NCBI GenBank assembly: GCA_021780815.1
Contig: JAJXYC010000015.1
Coordinates: forward strand, 209,796 to 273,795
DNA from: Bacteroidota bacterium
Lineage (GTDB): Bacteria; Bacteroidota; Ignavibacteria; Kapaibacteriales; UBA2268
DNA length: 64,000 bases
Direction: 5' to 3'
Shown here: positions 29,901 to 39,002 of the stretch, piece after piece
How the letters are laid out: each line of letters begins with the position of its first letter
Numbering within the stretch: position 1 is the stretch's first letter
Notes under the pieces: generated by a model
Database searches by the model: none
Told to the model about the DNA's origin: nothing
The model's input: only the letters and a program-made list of their open reading frames with translations
Translations under genes and position numbers: made by a program

Positions 29901-32277
29901 CCATCTTAAAATAGAAATTGACCCAGAAAACAAAATAAATTCTTTAAAACTTGAAAATAAATTTTTTGAAACTGATTATTATGTTTACTCAAATAATTTA
30001 TTAATGCTGGACCCATTCCCATTATGGAATATTGAAGCAAATAACCCACAATTTAGGTTTATTAACCCTAAAAATAATAATAACACAAATTACTTCTTTT
30101 CAATTTTACAGCCAAACGATTCGCTTTTATATTCAAGCAGTCCAGATGAAATAAAAATCAAAGAAAATTACCTCGAATGGCAACCAAATATTAAATTACC
30201 TGATGGTAATTACATAATTACTGGATATTATAGACAAAAAGATTCAACACAAAGTAACCCTTTACAACTACCAGTCAGTGCAAGTTCTGAAACAATAAAT
30301 AATGGAGTGAAAATCAAAGAAGATGATAAGGAAACTTTTACTTCTAATATTTACAACAACATTGAATTTGATTCTTCTGCAATGAATTTAAAAATACAAG
30401 ATAATATTTTACAAGCCAAACTTGTTGCTGTTTCAGGAAATGATTCCACAGTTGAATGGGGAAATATTGAATTAGGTAAAAATGTATTCATAGATAACAG
30501 ATATTATCGTGGTTTTAATGTAGTAACTATCCCCATAATAAATTCCCCTGATATGATAGAACATTCAACTTACAGGCAATTTGATACTTGGGTTGATGGG
30601 GATAACTGGACTGGTGACTCCTCTTCTGTAAAGTTAGTTCAATATCTACGGGATTCAATTCCTGACAACGTTTATGTATTAATTGCTACTACCAGCAGGT
30701 CGTTTAAAATTCCAGTATTAAACCAGATGTATAACCCAACATCAGTTGGTTCATTTGATACTTTGAAAACTGTAATGAGAACTTTTGGATGTAGGCTTTT
30801 TGATAGTATTAGTGGCGAACTAACATACCCTGCTGTTGCTTGGGATGGCTGGAAACATTCTTATGCAATGATAGGAAGAAAAGGTTGGAAAATTGGCGAG
30901 GCTATTGAAGCAATGAATCCTTACGGAGACAGTGCAACCATATATTATCCTTTGAGATTTTACCAACTCCAAGGTTCTTTTGAAACTCCTTTTTGGGGCT
31001 CTTCTAACAAATGGCTCAAAGCTATTGTTAATTCCAATGCAAGTTCTGATTCATCAAGCAATTTCATAATTCAACTTGCTATTGTTGGAAGGAACAATAC
31101 CCAAAATGATACAATCAATACTTTTAATTTAGCTGCTAATACCGAAACAGTCGATTTATCTGATAGTATATATAGTCATTACCAACAAATTAAATTTGTT
31201 TTTAATTATCAAAAATCTAATATTTACTCTGAACCACAAGTTAATTCAATTGAAGTCAATTTTATGCCTGTTCCTGAAATTGCTTTAAAAAAATCTTTAT
31301 GCGTTATTGATGATTCACTTAATCAAAGAGGAGCAAAATCCATCATACATATTGGATTTGAAAATATTTCCAAAAGAAGTCCGGCAAAAAATATAGCCTT
31401 GCAAATTGATAACTTTAATAATAATGGAATTACAAATTATTATTCTAATACATTTAACCAATTAAATCCAGGCGATAGTATTGAATTTTCATTACCCCTC
31501 GATAATAGTAATTCTTCCCTTATCAATAACTATAAAATTTCACTAAATCCTAATAAAACTTTAAATGAATTATATAATTTTAATAATCAATTAGTCCTAT
31601 CAAATAGCGTTTATGAAGATACTACCAACCCTCAAATTGATGTGACTTTTGATGGTAAAAAAGTTAATGATGGAGATTTTGTCGCAAAGCAACCTTTAAT
31701 TGATATTAAAGTATATGATAACTCTAAGTTCCCTATTTCTGATAGTTCTAAAATTGAAATTTTCATTAATGGTGGATTTATTACCCCTGATATTACTGAT
31801 TTTTACTATTTCAACTCTATTAATGATAATTCTAATTATAAATGTCAGCTAATAATAAAGCCTAAAAAATTAGAATTTGGCGATAATTTAATAAATCCGT
31901 CTAATAATATCCGAATAATTGCAAAAGATTATAGTGGCAATAGTGATACAGTCCTGTATAAACTCAACGTTAGACAAAATAATCTTATTAGCAATTTTAC
32001 TGTATCTCCTAATCCAGCACAAACACAAATTTCTCTGCTATATGATTTCTATGGGCAATTTTTGTCGCAATATTCTACATTAGACATTTATAATTTTTCT
32101 GGTCAATTAGTCAAAACGGCAAATTTAATTACTCTTTTAGGAAATAATGACAACAAAATAAATCTATATGATAATTGGGGAAATGAGCTCCCCCCTGGGG
32201 TTTATTTCTACATTTTCAATGTTAATTCAATTTTTTGGACTGAACCTATCAAAGGCACATTTTTAATTATTAACTAA
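26947..32277 (+). CDS. Giant (1776 aa) secreted C25-family peptidase paralog with a T9SS type-A C-terminal domain
   Basis: C25 blocks (DFWYSILDNDLVPDISIGRIS, WVNFLGHANQ for His, FFSTISCNTGAH for Cys) collinear with the 12545 gene. The C-terminal tail is VSPNPA...LYDNWGNELPPGVYFYIF. A signal anchor is present. Confidence 0.65.
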   Translation: MINKINRINQIAIFALLILLVFYPSNAKKTSTLNYPTDLINQIVSMKWMKNNLDYIKITTDRDAPVEIPLSKILDSIPQWIGKNSNYLHLLHNNQDIHFYLIDNNGVLDDNDTLIFVGSRAYGDTTYWDNYATEEPFFVTYDDSYKYPQFKIISSSTGNFNQEIVSTNLNVHIEKDSTRSYGKDLYDSNNSDDEGWYWKELIPDESQPSLNTFTTPLLIQPTGTEPVNINLIFKSVTDTLLDALPSNKYPEYRVAVFFNGDSLGNKQFTRIRKDSFMLSFTPKQIFNGVNSISVKSYVQHPLRLGAVSIAYINSKLNSSPYKDEYTDCINFSNIQTNSFVNYYGLKSPFSIAIDTINNTIQFPESFQSNPMLFASIKTNNPYFAVRFVDSTFYDFNPGFHLIKFNSAQNNFTQIYQWYYQDTLRSMIQSSSDNDFFVIGYNGDNLIPQAYLNDLQNIGFTKAKNLTVGDSWLFIFTKSKVIFEDVQNNSNLAMFKGEIAKTSIKNYYAKILLPQSSSSSILVQEDLNFANYHILKTSKPYLYDTTNSGNVLVVYNKYFESIAQRYYKLRESSENKLKLIDAEDIYNELNYGKKSPFAIKKFLQYSYNFWQDSIKTLVLIGNASWDPYRRLPTSIATDYIPTYGFPPADFWYSILDNDLVPDISIGRISISTIDDGNNYIDKLTLYDQVPDQPWMKNFLFLSGGLTADERKIFADAKSYFFDDYVKNPPFCGTSDSVAKYDNTIGGNAESGQIREKINQGALWVNFLGHANQSIFDMDGWQVNKLNNYAKYSFFSTISCNTGAHAEPGMLNSRNEDYVYFKDKGFIGSIGSSTFGWVDENRYIVVRIMSQLADSNSKYLYIGDLENYGKNGLANEGSQLETKYQNSLIGDPLLKLRVSKKPNLYIYSPEFAIVNNQGSPNVSINDTSAIFKGIIYNNGFQTNSPIKLLFTDYYNNTIDTFSINLPIICFSEAFVASLDISDKPGEHHLKIEIDPENKINSLKLENKFFETDYYVYSNNLLMLDPFPLWNIEANNPQFRFINPKNNNNTNYFFSILQPNDSLLYSSSPDEIKIKENYLEWQPNIKLPDGNYIITGYYRQKDSTQSNPLQLPVSASSETINNGVKIKEDDKETFTSNIYNNIEFDSSAMNLKIQDNILQAKLVAVSGNDSTVEWGNIELGKNVFIDNRYYRGFNVVTIPIINSPDMIEHSTYRQFDTWVDGDNWTGDSSSVKLVQYLRDSIPDNVYVLIATTSRSFKIPVLNQMYNPTSVGSFDTLKTVMRTFGCRLFDSISGELTYPAVAWDGWKHSYAMIGRKGWKIGEAIEAMNPYGDSATIYYPLRFYQLQGSFETPFWGSSNKWLKAIVNSNASSDSSSNFIIQLAIVGRNNTQNDTINTFNLAANTETVDLSDSIYSHYQQIKFVFNYQKSNIYSEPQVNSIEVNFMPVPEIALKKSLCVIDDSLNQRGAKSIIHIGFENISKRSPAKNIALQIDNFNNNGITNYYSNTFNQLNPGDSIEFSLPLDNSNSSLINNYKISLNPNKTLNELYNFNNQLVLSNSVYEDTTNPQIDVTFDGKKVNDGDFVAKQPLIDIKVYDNSKFPISDSSKIEIFINGGFITPDITDFYYFNSINDNSNYKCQLIIKPKKLEFGDNLINPSNNIRIIAKDYSGNSDTVLYKLNVRQNNLISNFTVSPNPAQTQISLLYDFYGQFLSQYSTLDIYNFSGQLVKTANLITLLGNNDNKINLYDNWGNELPPGVYFYIFNVNSIFWTEPIKGTFLIIN

Positions 32278-32292
32278 CTTTTTGAGAAATTA

Positions 32293-33303
32293 ATGAAATT
32301 GCTAAAAATTTTATCAGTTATTTTTGGAGTAATTGTTTTTGTTGTATCTGTATCATTCATAATTGTTTTGCAATACTTAAATCAAAAGAACATCACTCCT
32401 GAAAAGAATTATATTAAATTGCCGTATGGTAGTTCAACTGCCAAAATTATTGAAATTTTTAATGAGGAAGGGTATTTAAAACCTAAATGGTTTTTTGAAC
32501 TTTATTTGAAGTTCCAATATAAATCAAAGAAAAAATTTATAGAAGCAGGAACTTACGAAATTCCTCCTGAAATAACAAACAAAGAATTAATTGAAAAATT
32601 ATTTTCAGATGATTTACTTTCAAGGAACAAAATAACCATTGTGGAAGGATTTAATATATACGAAGTAGCCCGAGCTTTTAAGCACTATTTACAAAAAGAT
32701 TCTCTTGAAGTTATTAAACTGCTAACATCAAAAGAATTTGCCAAAAGTTTAGGTTTGAACTCTCCAAATTTAGAAGGTTATATAATGCCTGAAACATATT
32801 TTTTTGATAAAGAAACAAGTTTACAAGATATTTTAGGATTTTTAGTAAATGCACAAAAGCAAATATTAAAAAGCATTATTGGTAGTTCAACAACTATTTT
32901 AACTGAATATGATGTTTTAAAAATCGCAAGTATTATCCAAGCAGAAACTTCGGTGGTTGATGAGATGCCTATTATTAGCAGTGTTTACCAAAACAGATTA
33001 AAAATCGGCATGCTTTTACAAGCAGACCCAACTTTACTTTATCCTTTTTTCCCGCAAAAAAATATAACAAAAGCAATTCTACATACAAATACACCTTACA
33101 ACACTTATTTAAATAAAGGACTTCCACCAACTCCAATAAATTCTCCCGGCAAACAAGCAATATATTCGGCAGTACATCCGGCTTTAACTAATTATCTTTA
33201 CTTTGTAGCAAAAGGAGATTCTACCAAAACACATAATTTTTCTACTAATTTTTATGAACATACAAAAAATGTCAGAAAATATAAATTTTCCAAACTAAAC
33301 TAA
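32293..33303 (+). CDS. mltG: Endolytic murein transglycosylase MltG (YceG-like)
   Basis: N-terminal transmembrane anchor plus a YceG domain (ASIIQAETS...YQNRLKIGMLLQADPTLLY). It starts 16 nt downstream of the C25 giant. Confidence 0.8.
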   Translation: MKLLKILSVIFGVIVFVVSVSFIIVLQYLNQKNITPEKNYIKLPYGSSTAKIIEIFNEEGYLKPKWFFELYLKFQYKSKKKFIEAGTYEIPPEITNKELIEKLFSDDLLSRNKITIVEGFNIYEVARAFKHYLQKDSLEVIKLLTSKEFAKSLGLNSPNLEGYIMPETYFFDKETSLQDILGFLVNAQKQILKSIIGSSTTILTEYDVLKIASIIQAETSVVDEMPIISSVYQNRLKIGMLLQADPTLLYPFFPQKNITKAILHTNTPYNTYLNKGLPPTPINSPGKQAIYSAVHPALTNYLYFVAKGDSTKTHNFSTNFYEHTKNVRKYKFSKLN

Positions 33304-33326
33304 TAATTAAATATTTTTTTTTAATT

Positions 33327-33740
33327 TTGATTTATTTTATTAGAGGATTTATGGAAGATTCTACAAATTTCAATCAGTTCAATTCTGAAACAAATTCTAA
33401 ATTCGTACTTTTGAAAATGTCCCGTGATATGAATTTTATATCAATTATTGGTATAATTTATGGTGCAATTCAAAGTATTTCAATTATAGGTGCTGTAGTT
33501 GGATTACCAATTATTTTTGCTTGTCTGCGATTAAAAGAAGCCGCAGAAGCTTTCCGCCATTTTAGTTCTACGGAAGATAAAAATGCTTTAAGTTTCGCTT
33601 TCGAAAAACAAGCCCGAAGCTTTGAGATATTAAGAATTCTAATTATTGTTTCTTTGATATTTTACGGACTTTTAATTATTGCTCTGTTGTTTATCTTAAT
33701 ACCTTTCATCTCTAATTGGAATCATTACGACTTTAAATAG
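33327..33740 (+). CDS. Hypothetical small membrane protein (two predicted transmembrane helices)
   Basis: The ORF has two hydrophobic stretches and no recognisable motif. The true start may be the ATG at 33351. Confidence 0.35.
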   Translation: MIYFIRGFMEDSTNFNQFNSETNSKFVLLKMSRDMNFISIIGIIYGAIQSISIIGAVVGLPIIFACLRLKEAAEAFRHFSSTEDKNALSFAFEKQARSFEILRILIIVSLIFYGLLIIALLFILIPFISNWNHYDFK

Positions 33741-33800
33741 TTGTTTGAAGTTTTTCTTTTTTATTTTTTTATAATTTGTACCAATAATTTTTAAATTATT

Positions 33801-35465
33801 ATGATTAAATTTTTCTATAAAGTTATCTTCGTTATTTTTACTTCTTATTTGGCAGCTTTTGCCAAAGATTACATTAAAATTGTAAATAAATCAACCAATT
33901 TTCAAGAACAGTGTTCACAAAATTTTAATATTGATTTAGGAATTAGTAATTTAACTACAAATCAGCCCATCACCATAGATTCTATTGTAATTGCAAATCC
34001 GCATTACAAAATTCAATATAAACTAACAGAATTACCTTTTGTATTAACACCAGCATCCTTGAAAGAACAATTAATTCAAGTAAACTTTAATCAAAATTTA
34101 GATTATAATTTGAACTTTTTAGTTTACTATACAATCAATAACTGGCATCAATCTTTTGTTGAAAATAGCATTATCAATATTGAGTTTGTTTATAATGATT
34201 TATATGATAATTTCACACAAAATAAAGTTTCATTAGAATTAAAGAGTGCATTAGCAAGTTATTTAAGTACTCACACTGCTTATACATATAAAGAAGCACG
34301 TCAATATATGTTTGGCTCGATTGATAATGTTGATGGCTGGGTAGAATGCGTTTATACAGGACGAAAATTACAAACAACAACTATTCCAGATGTTAATACA
34401 ACTCATTTTAATAACGAGCATACTTGGCCCCAATCAATGGGAGCAGATTATGAACCTCCTAAAAGTGATTTATATCATATGTATCCTACTGACGAAACGG
34501 CTAATACAAAAAGAGGTGATTATCCCTTTGGATTTGTAAAATCAAATATTATGTGGTCGGAAAGTGGTTCTATGTTAGGCAAAGATGAAAATGGTGCAAT
34601 TGTTTTTGAACCAAGAGATGTTCATAAAGGTAACGTTGCAAGAAGCTTATTTTATTTCGCCACTGCTTATAATAATCCATATAATTATTTAAATTCGCAA
34701 GAGAAAACATTGAGACAATGGATGAATATTGATACCGTAGATAATAGGGAAAGAAAAAGAAATTCGGATATAGCAGCTTTACAAGGTAAAAGAAACCCTT
34801 TTATTGACCATCCTGAATTTATAGACCGAATTTATAGTATAAGCACTAACGAAGATTTTCCTGCAATTCCTCAATTGTTTGTACAACAACAAGTTAATAT
34901 ATCTTCTTTCTTTTTAAAAGAAAATGAACCTTACAAACTTTTCTTATCTAATAATGGCAACTCTACTATTATCATTGATTCAATTTCGTTAGAAAATACG
35001 GGAAACGAACAATTGGTTAATAATTATCAAAATATTACAAATTATACTTTGAATACCGATACAACAATTGCAATTAATGTTTATTTTGCTGATAATTATC
35101 AGAACAATCAGCAAAAAAGCAATTTAATTATATATTACAATGGAAATTCTCAAATTAAGGTAAATTTTAAGGAACTGTATTTTAATGCTGTTACAGAAAA
35201 AGACAACTTGCAAAATATATCAATTTACCCGAATCCTTCTAATAATTATACTTATCTCATAATTCCAGGCTCAATTTCTACAAATTCAATTAAACAAATT
35301 GTTTTGTATAATTCATTCGGTGAAGAAGTAAAAGATAATTTTAGTTTTTCAATGGAGGATAATTCATCAATTCGTTTAGAATACAATTTGCAATCTAACT
35401 ACTATTTTGTTAGATTACAAGTAAAAAATCAATTTATAACCTTACCTTTAATAATTTCAAAATAG
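33801..35465 (+). CDS. Secreted endonuclease I family nuclease with a T9SS C-terminal sorting domain
   Basis: NEHTWPQS and DLYHMYPTDETANTKRGDYPFG match the Endonuclease I (EndA/NucM/Vvn) catalytic motifs. An N-terminal signal peptide is present. The C-terminal about 90 aa are CTD-like (ISIYPNPS...YYFVRLQV). Confidence 0.6.
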   Translation: MIKFFYKVIFVIFTSYLAAFAKDYIKIVNKSTNFQEQCSQNFNIDLGISNLTTNQPITIDSIVIANPHYKIQYKLTELPFVLTPASLKEQLIQVNFNQNLDYNLNFLVYYTINNWHQSFVENSIINIEFVYNDLYDNFTQNKVSLELKSALASYLSTHTAYTYKEARQYMFGSIDNVDGWVECVYTGRKLQTTTIPDVNTTHFNNEHTWPQSMGADYEPPKSDLYHMYPTDETANTKRGDYPFGFVKSNIMWSESGSMLGKDENGAIVFEPRDVHKGNVARSLFYFATAYNNPYNYLNSQEKTLRQWMNIDTVDNRERKRNSDIAALQGKRNPFIDHPEFIDRIYSISTNEDFPAIPQLFVQQQVNISSFFLKENEPYKLFLSNNGNSTIIIDSISLENTGNEQLVNNYQNITNYTLNTDTTIAINVYFADNYQNNQQKSNLIIYYNGNSQIKVNFKELYFNAVTEKDNLQNISIYPNPSNNYTYLIIPGSISTNSIKQIVLYNSFGEEVKDNFSFSMEDNSSIRLEYNLQSNYYFVRLQVKNQFITLPLIISK

Positions 35466-35496
35466 AGAACATCAGTAAAACAATTTGAAAGAAAAA

Positions 35497-35575
35497 GAGG
35501 CTGTCTCATAAACATCATTCTGTGAACAAGATAATTGATATACAATTCCAGAATGAAACTTACGAGACAGCCTCT
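35497..35575. terminator. Long nested inverted repeat at a convergent junction (12-bp outer stem AGAGGCTGTCTC/GAGACAGCCTCT, 55-nt loop containing a 7-bp inner stem CATTCTG/CAGAATG); bidirectional terminator or small structured RNA
   Basis: I read a perfect 12-bp GC-containing palindrome arm pair directly, plus a nested inner pair. It lies between the nuclease (+) stop and the htrA (-) stop. Confidence 0.4.
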
Positions 35576-35593
35576 AATTTTAAGTTTTAATGA

Positions 35594-37111
35594 CTAATCA
35601 ATTTCTAGTGCAATCAATCTGGTATTATCTGCATATTTGCATTTAAACATAATAGCATCACCAGAAGATTTAGAATCTATAATTTTTTTAAGTTGTCCTG
35701 TGGTTTTAATTTCTTGCATATCAGCAGTAACAATCACACCATTTGGAGCCATACCACGTTGTGCAGCTTGGGAATCCCTTTTAACACTAACAATATAAAC
35801 TCCATTAGAAACATTTAATTGGTCTTTTTGTTCTTTTGTTAAAGGTGCAACAGTAAACCCAAGTTTATTAAAATTAACTGAAGAGTTATTATCCACAGAG
35901 TTTCCATTATCCCCTGCCGAAACATCATTTGAAGAAATATCTTCATTTCTTGCTTCTAATGTAATAGTTTTCTCTATCTCTTTTTTATCACGCCAGATTT
36001 TAATTTTTATTTTCTCCCCAACTTTTTTTCTAATAATTACAGATTGTAATTCAGGGACAGAATTTACAGGAGTATCGTCAATGGCAAGAATAACATCTTG
36101 GGATTGGAGACCACCTTTTGCAGCAGCAGAATTTTTAATTACATCATTAACAAGCACACCTTTGACTTTGTCTAATCCCAAAGATTTAGCAGTAACTTTA
36201 TCAATTTCACCAATCATCACGCCGAGAGCTGGTCGGTTTACTTTCCCACTAACAATAAGGTCTTCAACAATAGTTTTCACAATATCTACAGGAATAGCAA
36301 AGCCATAGCCCATAAATCCACCTGTTTCAGTTGCAATTGCCGCATTAATTCCAACTAAACTACCTGATAAATCAAACAATCCACCACCGCTATTTCCCGG
36401 ATTAATTGCGGCATCAGTTTGGATATAATTCTCAATTTGATAGTTTGATTTTTTCGGTAATTGTAGTTGTCCTCTACCAATTGCACTAATAATACCTTTG
36501 GTAACAGTAAAATCCAAGCCTAATGGATTACCAACAGCAACAACAAATTCTCCAACTTTAACATCTTTCATGTCAGCGAAATAAGCAGGTTTTAAGTCCT
36601 GTGCATCAATTTTAATCACTGCAAGGTCAGTAGAAGGATCAGTTCCAACTACCTTTGCTTTGTATTCAGATTTATCATATAAAATAACTTTGATTCCATC
36701 TTTTACAGCGCCATCGACAACGTGATTATTAGTAACAATATATCCATCTGAACTTATAATTACACCTGAACCAAAGCCTTGAACTTTTTGTTTGTCCGGC
36801 ATTTGGTCTCCACCACCAAAAAACGGATGGAAATCTTTAAAGAAATCACTAAATTGATTTTCTTGCTCTGATTCAACGCTAATTGCAACAACAGTTGGTA
36901 AAACTGCTTTACTGGCATTTTCTATTGCGCTATTAAATTGCTTTACTACATCAGGAAGTTGTGTCGGCGGTGCATCGGCACCTATTTTAGTAGTATTGCC
37001 TGCGATTGCTTGAAAATATTGTGGGTTAATAATTGCTATTGCAATTACCGTTGTCAAGACTATTCCAAAAAAGTAAATAGCCGTTTGCAAATATTTGTTT
37101 CTCATATACAA
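35594..37111 (-). CDS. htrA: Periplasmic serine endopeptidase HtrA/DegP/DegQ family (trypsin domain plus two PDZ domains)
   Basis: TNNHVV (His), TDLAVIKI (Asp), GNSGGGLFD (Ser) and two PDZ-like C-terminal segments. 505 aa. Confidence 0.85.
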   Translation of the reverse strand: MYMRNKYLQTAIYFFGIVLTTVIAIAIINPQYFQAIAGNTTKIGADAPPTQLPDVVKQFNSAIENASKAVLPTVVAISVESEQENQFSDFFKDFHPFFGGGDQMPDKQKVQGFGSGVIISSDGYIVTNNHVVDGAVKDGIKVILYDKSEYKAKVVGTDPSTDLAVIKIDAQDLKPAYFADMKDVKVGEFVVAVGNPLGLDFTVTKGIISAIGRGQLQLPKKSNYQIENYIQTDAAINPGNSGGGLFDLSGSLVGINAAIATETGGFMGYGFAIPVDIVKTIVEDLIVSGKVNRPALGVMIGEIDKVTAKSLGLDKVKGVLVNDVIKNSAAAKGGLQSQDVILAIDDTPVNSVPELQSVIIRKKVGEKIKIKIWRDKKEIEKTITLEARNEDISSNDVSAGDNGNSVDNNSSVNFNKLGFTVAPLTKEQKDQLNVSNGVYIVSVKRDSQAAQRGMAPNGVIVTADMQEIKTTGQLKKIIDSKSSGDAIMFKCKYADNTRLIALEID

Positions 37112-37278
37112 CCTTTCTTTATTAATACTTTATTTTTTGTATTAGAATTAAACTTTAATTTATTAATTTAAGACGATTAATATTTTATTTAATTAATGTG
37201 TAAATATAAGAAGCAATATTTCTCTGTATCATAGTTGTGTTATTAATTAAAAACGTTTAAAAAATAATATTATTTTTT

Positions 37279-38241
37279 CTATTCATCTTTTTTGGGTGGT
37301 TTAACCAAAAAGATATTAGACGGGTCATCGGTAATCCCTTGTAAAGTACCTTTCAATTCAGCGTTAGTTTTACGTAAATCTTCAATTAAATTTTGTAATG
37401 AAAACATTGTCAGTTCTGAACGAATAGAAAAACGAGTTATTGTTTTATCTACATTCGTCATAGTAGTATCATAATTGCTATAAACTTTATCGAGAAAATT
37501 ATTAATATCAATTTTTTGAATTTTATCTTTTAAACTTTGAATAGTAGAAAGTAACTCATTTGAACCATTAGATATATTATAAGATGTTTGAATAACATTA
37601 GCAATAATTTTTGTTGTATCTAATTGATTTAATAATAAAGCTAAGCTATTAGAAGCATCTTTTACATTTTCCAAAGAAGATTTAATATTCTCATCTTTCA
37701 AAAGTGCATTGAGATTTTCTAACATATCAATCAATTCATTGGAAATTTTAGCATATTTAACTTGCAAAAGGTCGTTGAAAACTTCTTTTGCCGCAATAGC
37801 AATTTCATCGATACCTGACGGTGCTGAATAAATAACAGGGAACTTTGGATTAAAACTTAATTTAATTTTAGAATAGTTCTCGCCTTTTTCAGGGTGAAAA
37901 AGTTGCAAAAATTTTCCACCTGCAATTCCAGAATATTCAGATTTAATCATCATATCTGGGGTTATTTTTATTTTAGGGTCAATTTGCATTTGAACTTCTA
38001 CTAAATTACCATCAGGAGCAATTTCAACAGCACTTACATTACCCACAGGAACACCCAAATATTTAACAGGCGAACCTTGTTCCAAACCTTGAATTGAACC
38101 ATCAAAATAAGTTACAAAAATCTTTTTCTCCTTAAAAAATTCATTTGCACCTAACCACATTACCACTGCAACAATTGATGCAATCCCAAACAATACAAAC
38201 AATCCAATTATAAAACTTGATGTAATCTTTGTTGTTGCCAT
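37279..38241 (-). CDS. mlaD: MCE-family MlaD-like phospholipid transport substrate-binding protein
   Basis: N-terminal transmembrane anchor, then an MCE domain (IFVTYFDGSIQGLEQGSPVKYLGVPVGNV). It is the last gene of the mlaE-mlaF-mlaD operon. Confidence 0.75.
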   Translation of the reverse strand: MATTKITSSFIIGLFVLFGIASIVAVVMWLGANEFFKEKKIFVTYFDGSIQGLEQGSPVKYLGVPVGNVSAVEIAPDGNLVEVQMQIDPKIKITPDMMIKSEYSGIAGGKFLQLFHPEKGENYSKIKLSFNPKFPVIYSAPSGIDEIAIAAKEVFNDLLQVKYAKISNELIDMLENLNALLKDENIKSSLENVKDASNSLALLLNQLDTTKIIANVIQTSYNISNGSNELLSTIQSLKDKIQKIDINNFLDKVYSNYDTTMTNVDKTITRFSIRSELTMFSLQNLIEDLRKTNAELKGTLQGITDDPSNIFLVKPPKKDE

Positions 38242-38252
38242 ATTTGACCTAT

Positions 38253-38999
38253 CTAGAAATTCCTGTTAAAAAAATTATTAACGATTTTATTTTCTGACAA
38301 TTTCAACTCATTTGCAGCACCAATATCTAAAATACCATTTACAGAAGTATCTAATAAAATAACTCTATCTGAAATATCATAGATACTTGCTAAATCATGA
38401 GTTACAATAACCATTGTAGTTTCCATAGATTGATTAATTTCTTTAATTAAATGGTCTAATGAAGAAGATGTAATGGGATCTAATCCTGACGAAGGTTCAT
38501 CAAAGAATAGTATTCCAGGGTCTAATGCCATTGCTCTGGCAAGAGCGGCACGCTTTTTCATTCCACCACTTATTTCAGACGGTAAATAATTTTGAAAACC
38601 ATTTAAACCAACTGCGCTTAATTTTAAATCAATCGTATATTTAATTTGCTCATCTGTCAATTTAGTATATTTTTTTAATAGCAGTTCTATATTTTCAAAT
38701 AAAGTCATTGAAGCAATTAAACCACCAAGTTGGAACATAACACCAAAACTTTTAATAATCAAATTTCGCACCTTTTCACTTGCAGGGAAAAACTTTGTAT
38801 TATTTACGTATATTTCACCACTTGTTGGTTCTTCTAATCCAATAATTTGGCGGAGTAAAGTACTTTTACCACATCCACTACCTCCTGCTATACATACTAT
38901 TTCGCCTTTGTTTATATTAAAATTTATGTCCTTTAAAACAATATAATCGTTATATTGCTTTGATAAATTTTTAACTTCAATAACCACTTCATCTTTCAT
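38253..38999 (-). CDS. mlaF: ABC transporter ATP-binding protein MlaF-like
   Basis: Walker A GGSGCGKST, the ABC signature LSGGMKKR and Walker B ILFFDEP. Confidence 0.8.
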   Translation of the reverse strand: MKDEVVIEVKNLSKQYNDYIVLKDINFNINKGEIVCIAGGSGCGKSTLLRQIIGLEEPTSGEIYVNNTKFFPASEKVRNLIIKSFGVMFQLGGLIASMTLFENIELLLKKYTKLTDEQIKYTIDLKLSAVGLNGFQNYLPSEISGGMKKRAALARAMALDPGILFFDEPSSGLDPITSSSLDHLIKEINQSMETTMVIVTHDLASIYDISDRVILLDTSVNGILDIGAANELKLSENKIVNNFFNRNF

Positions 39000-39002
39000 A
39001 CT

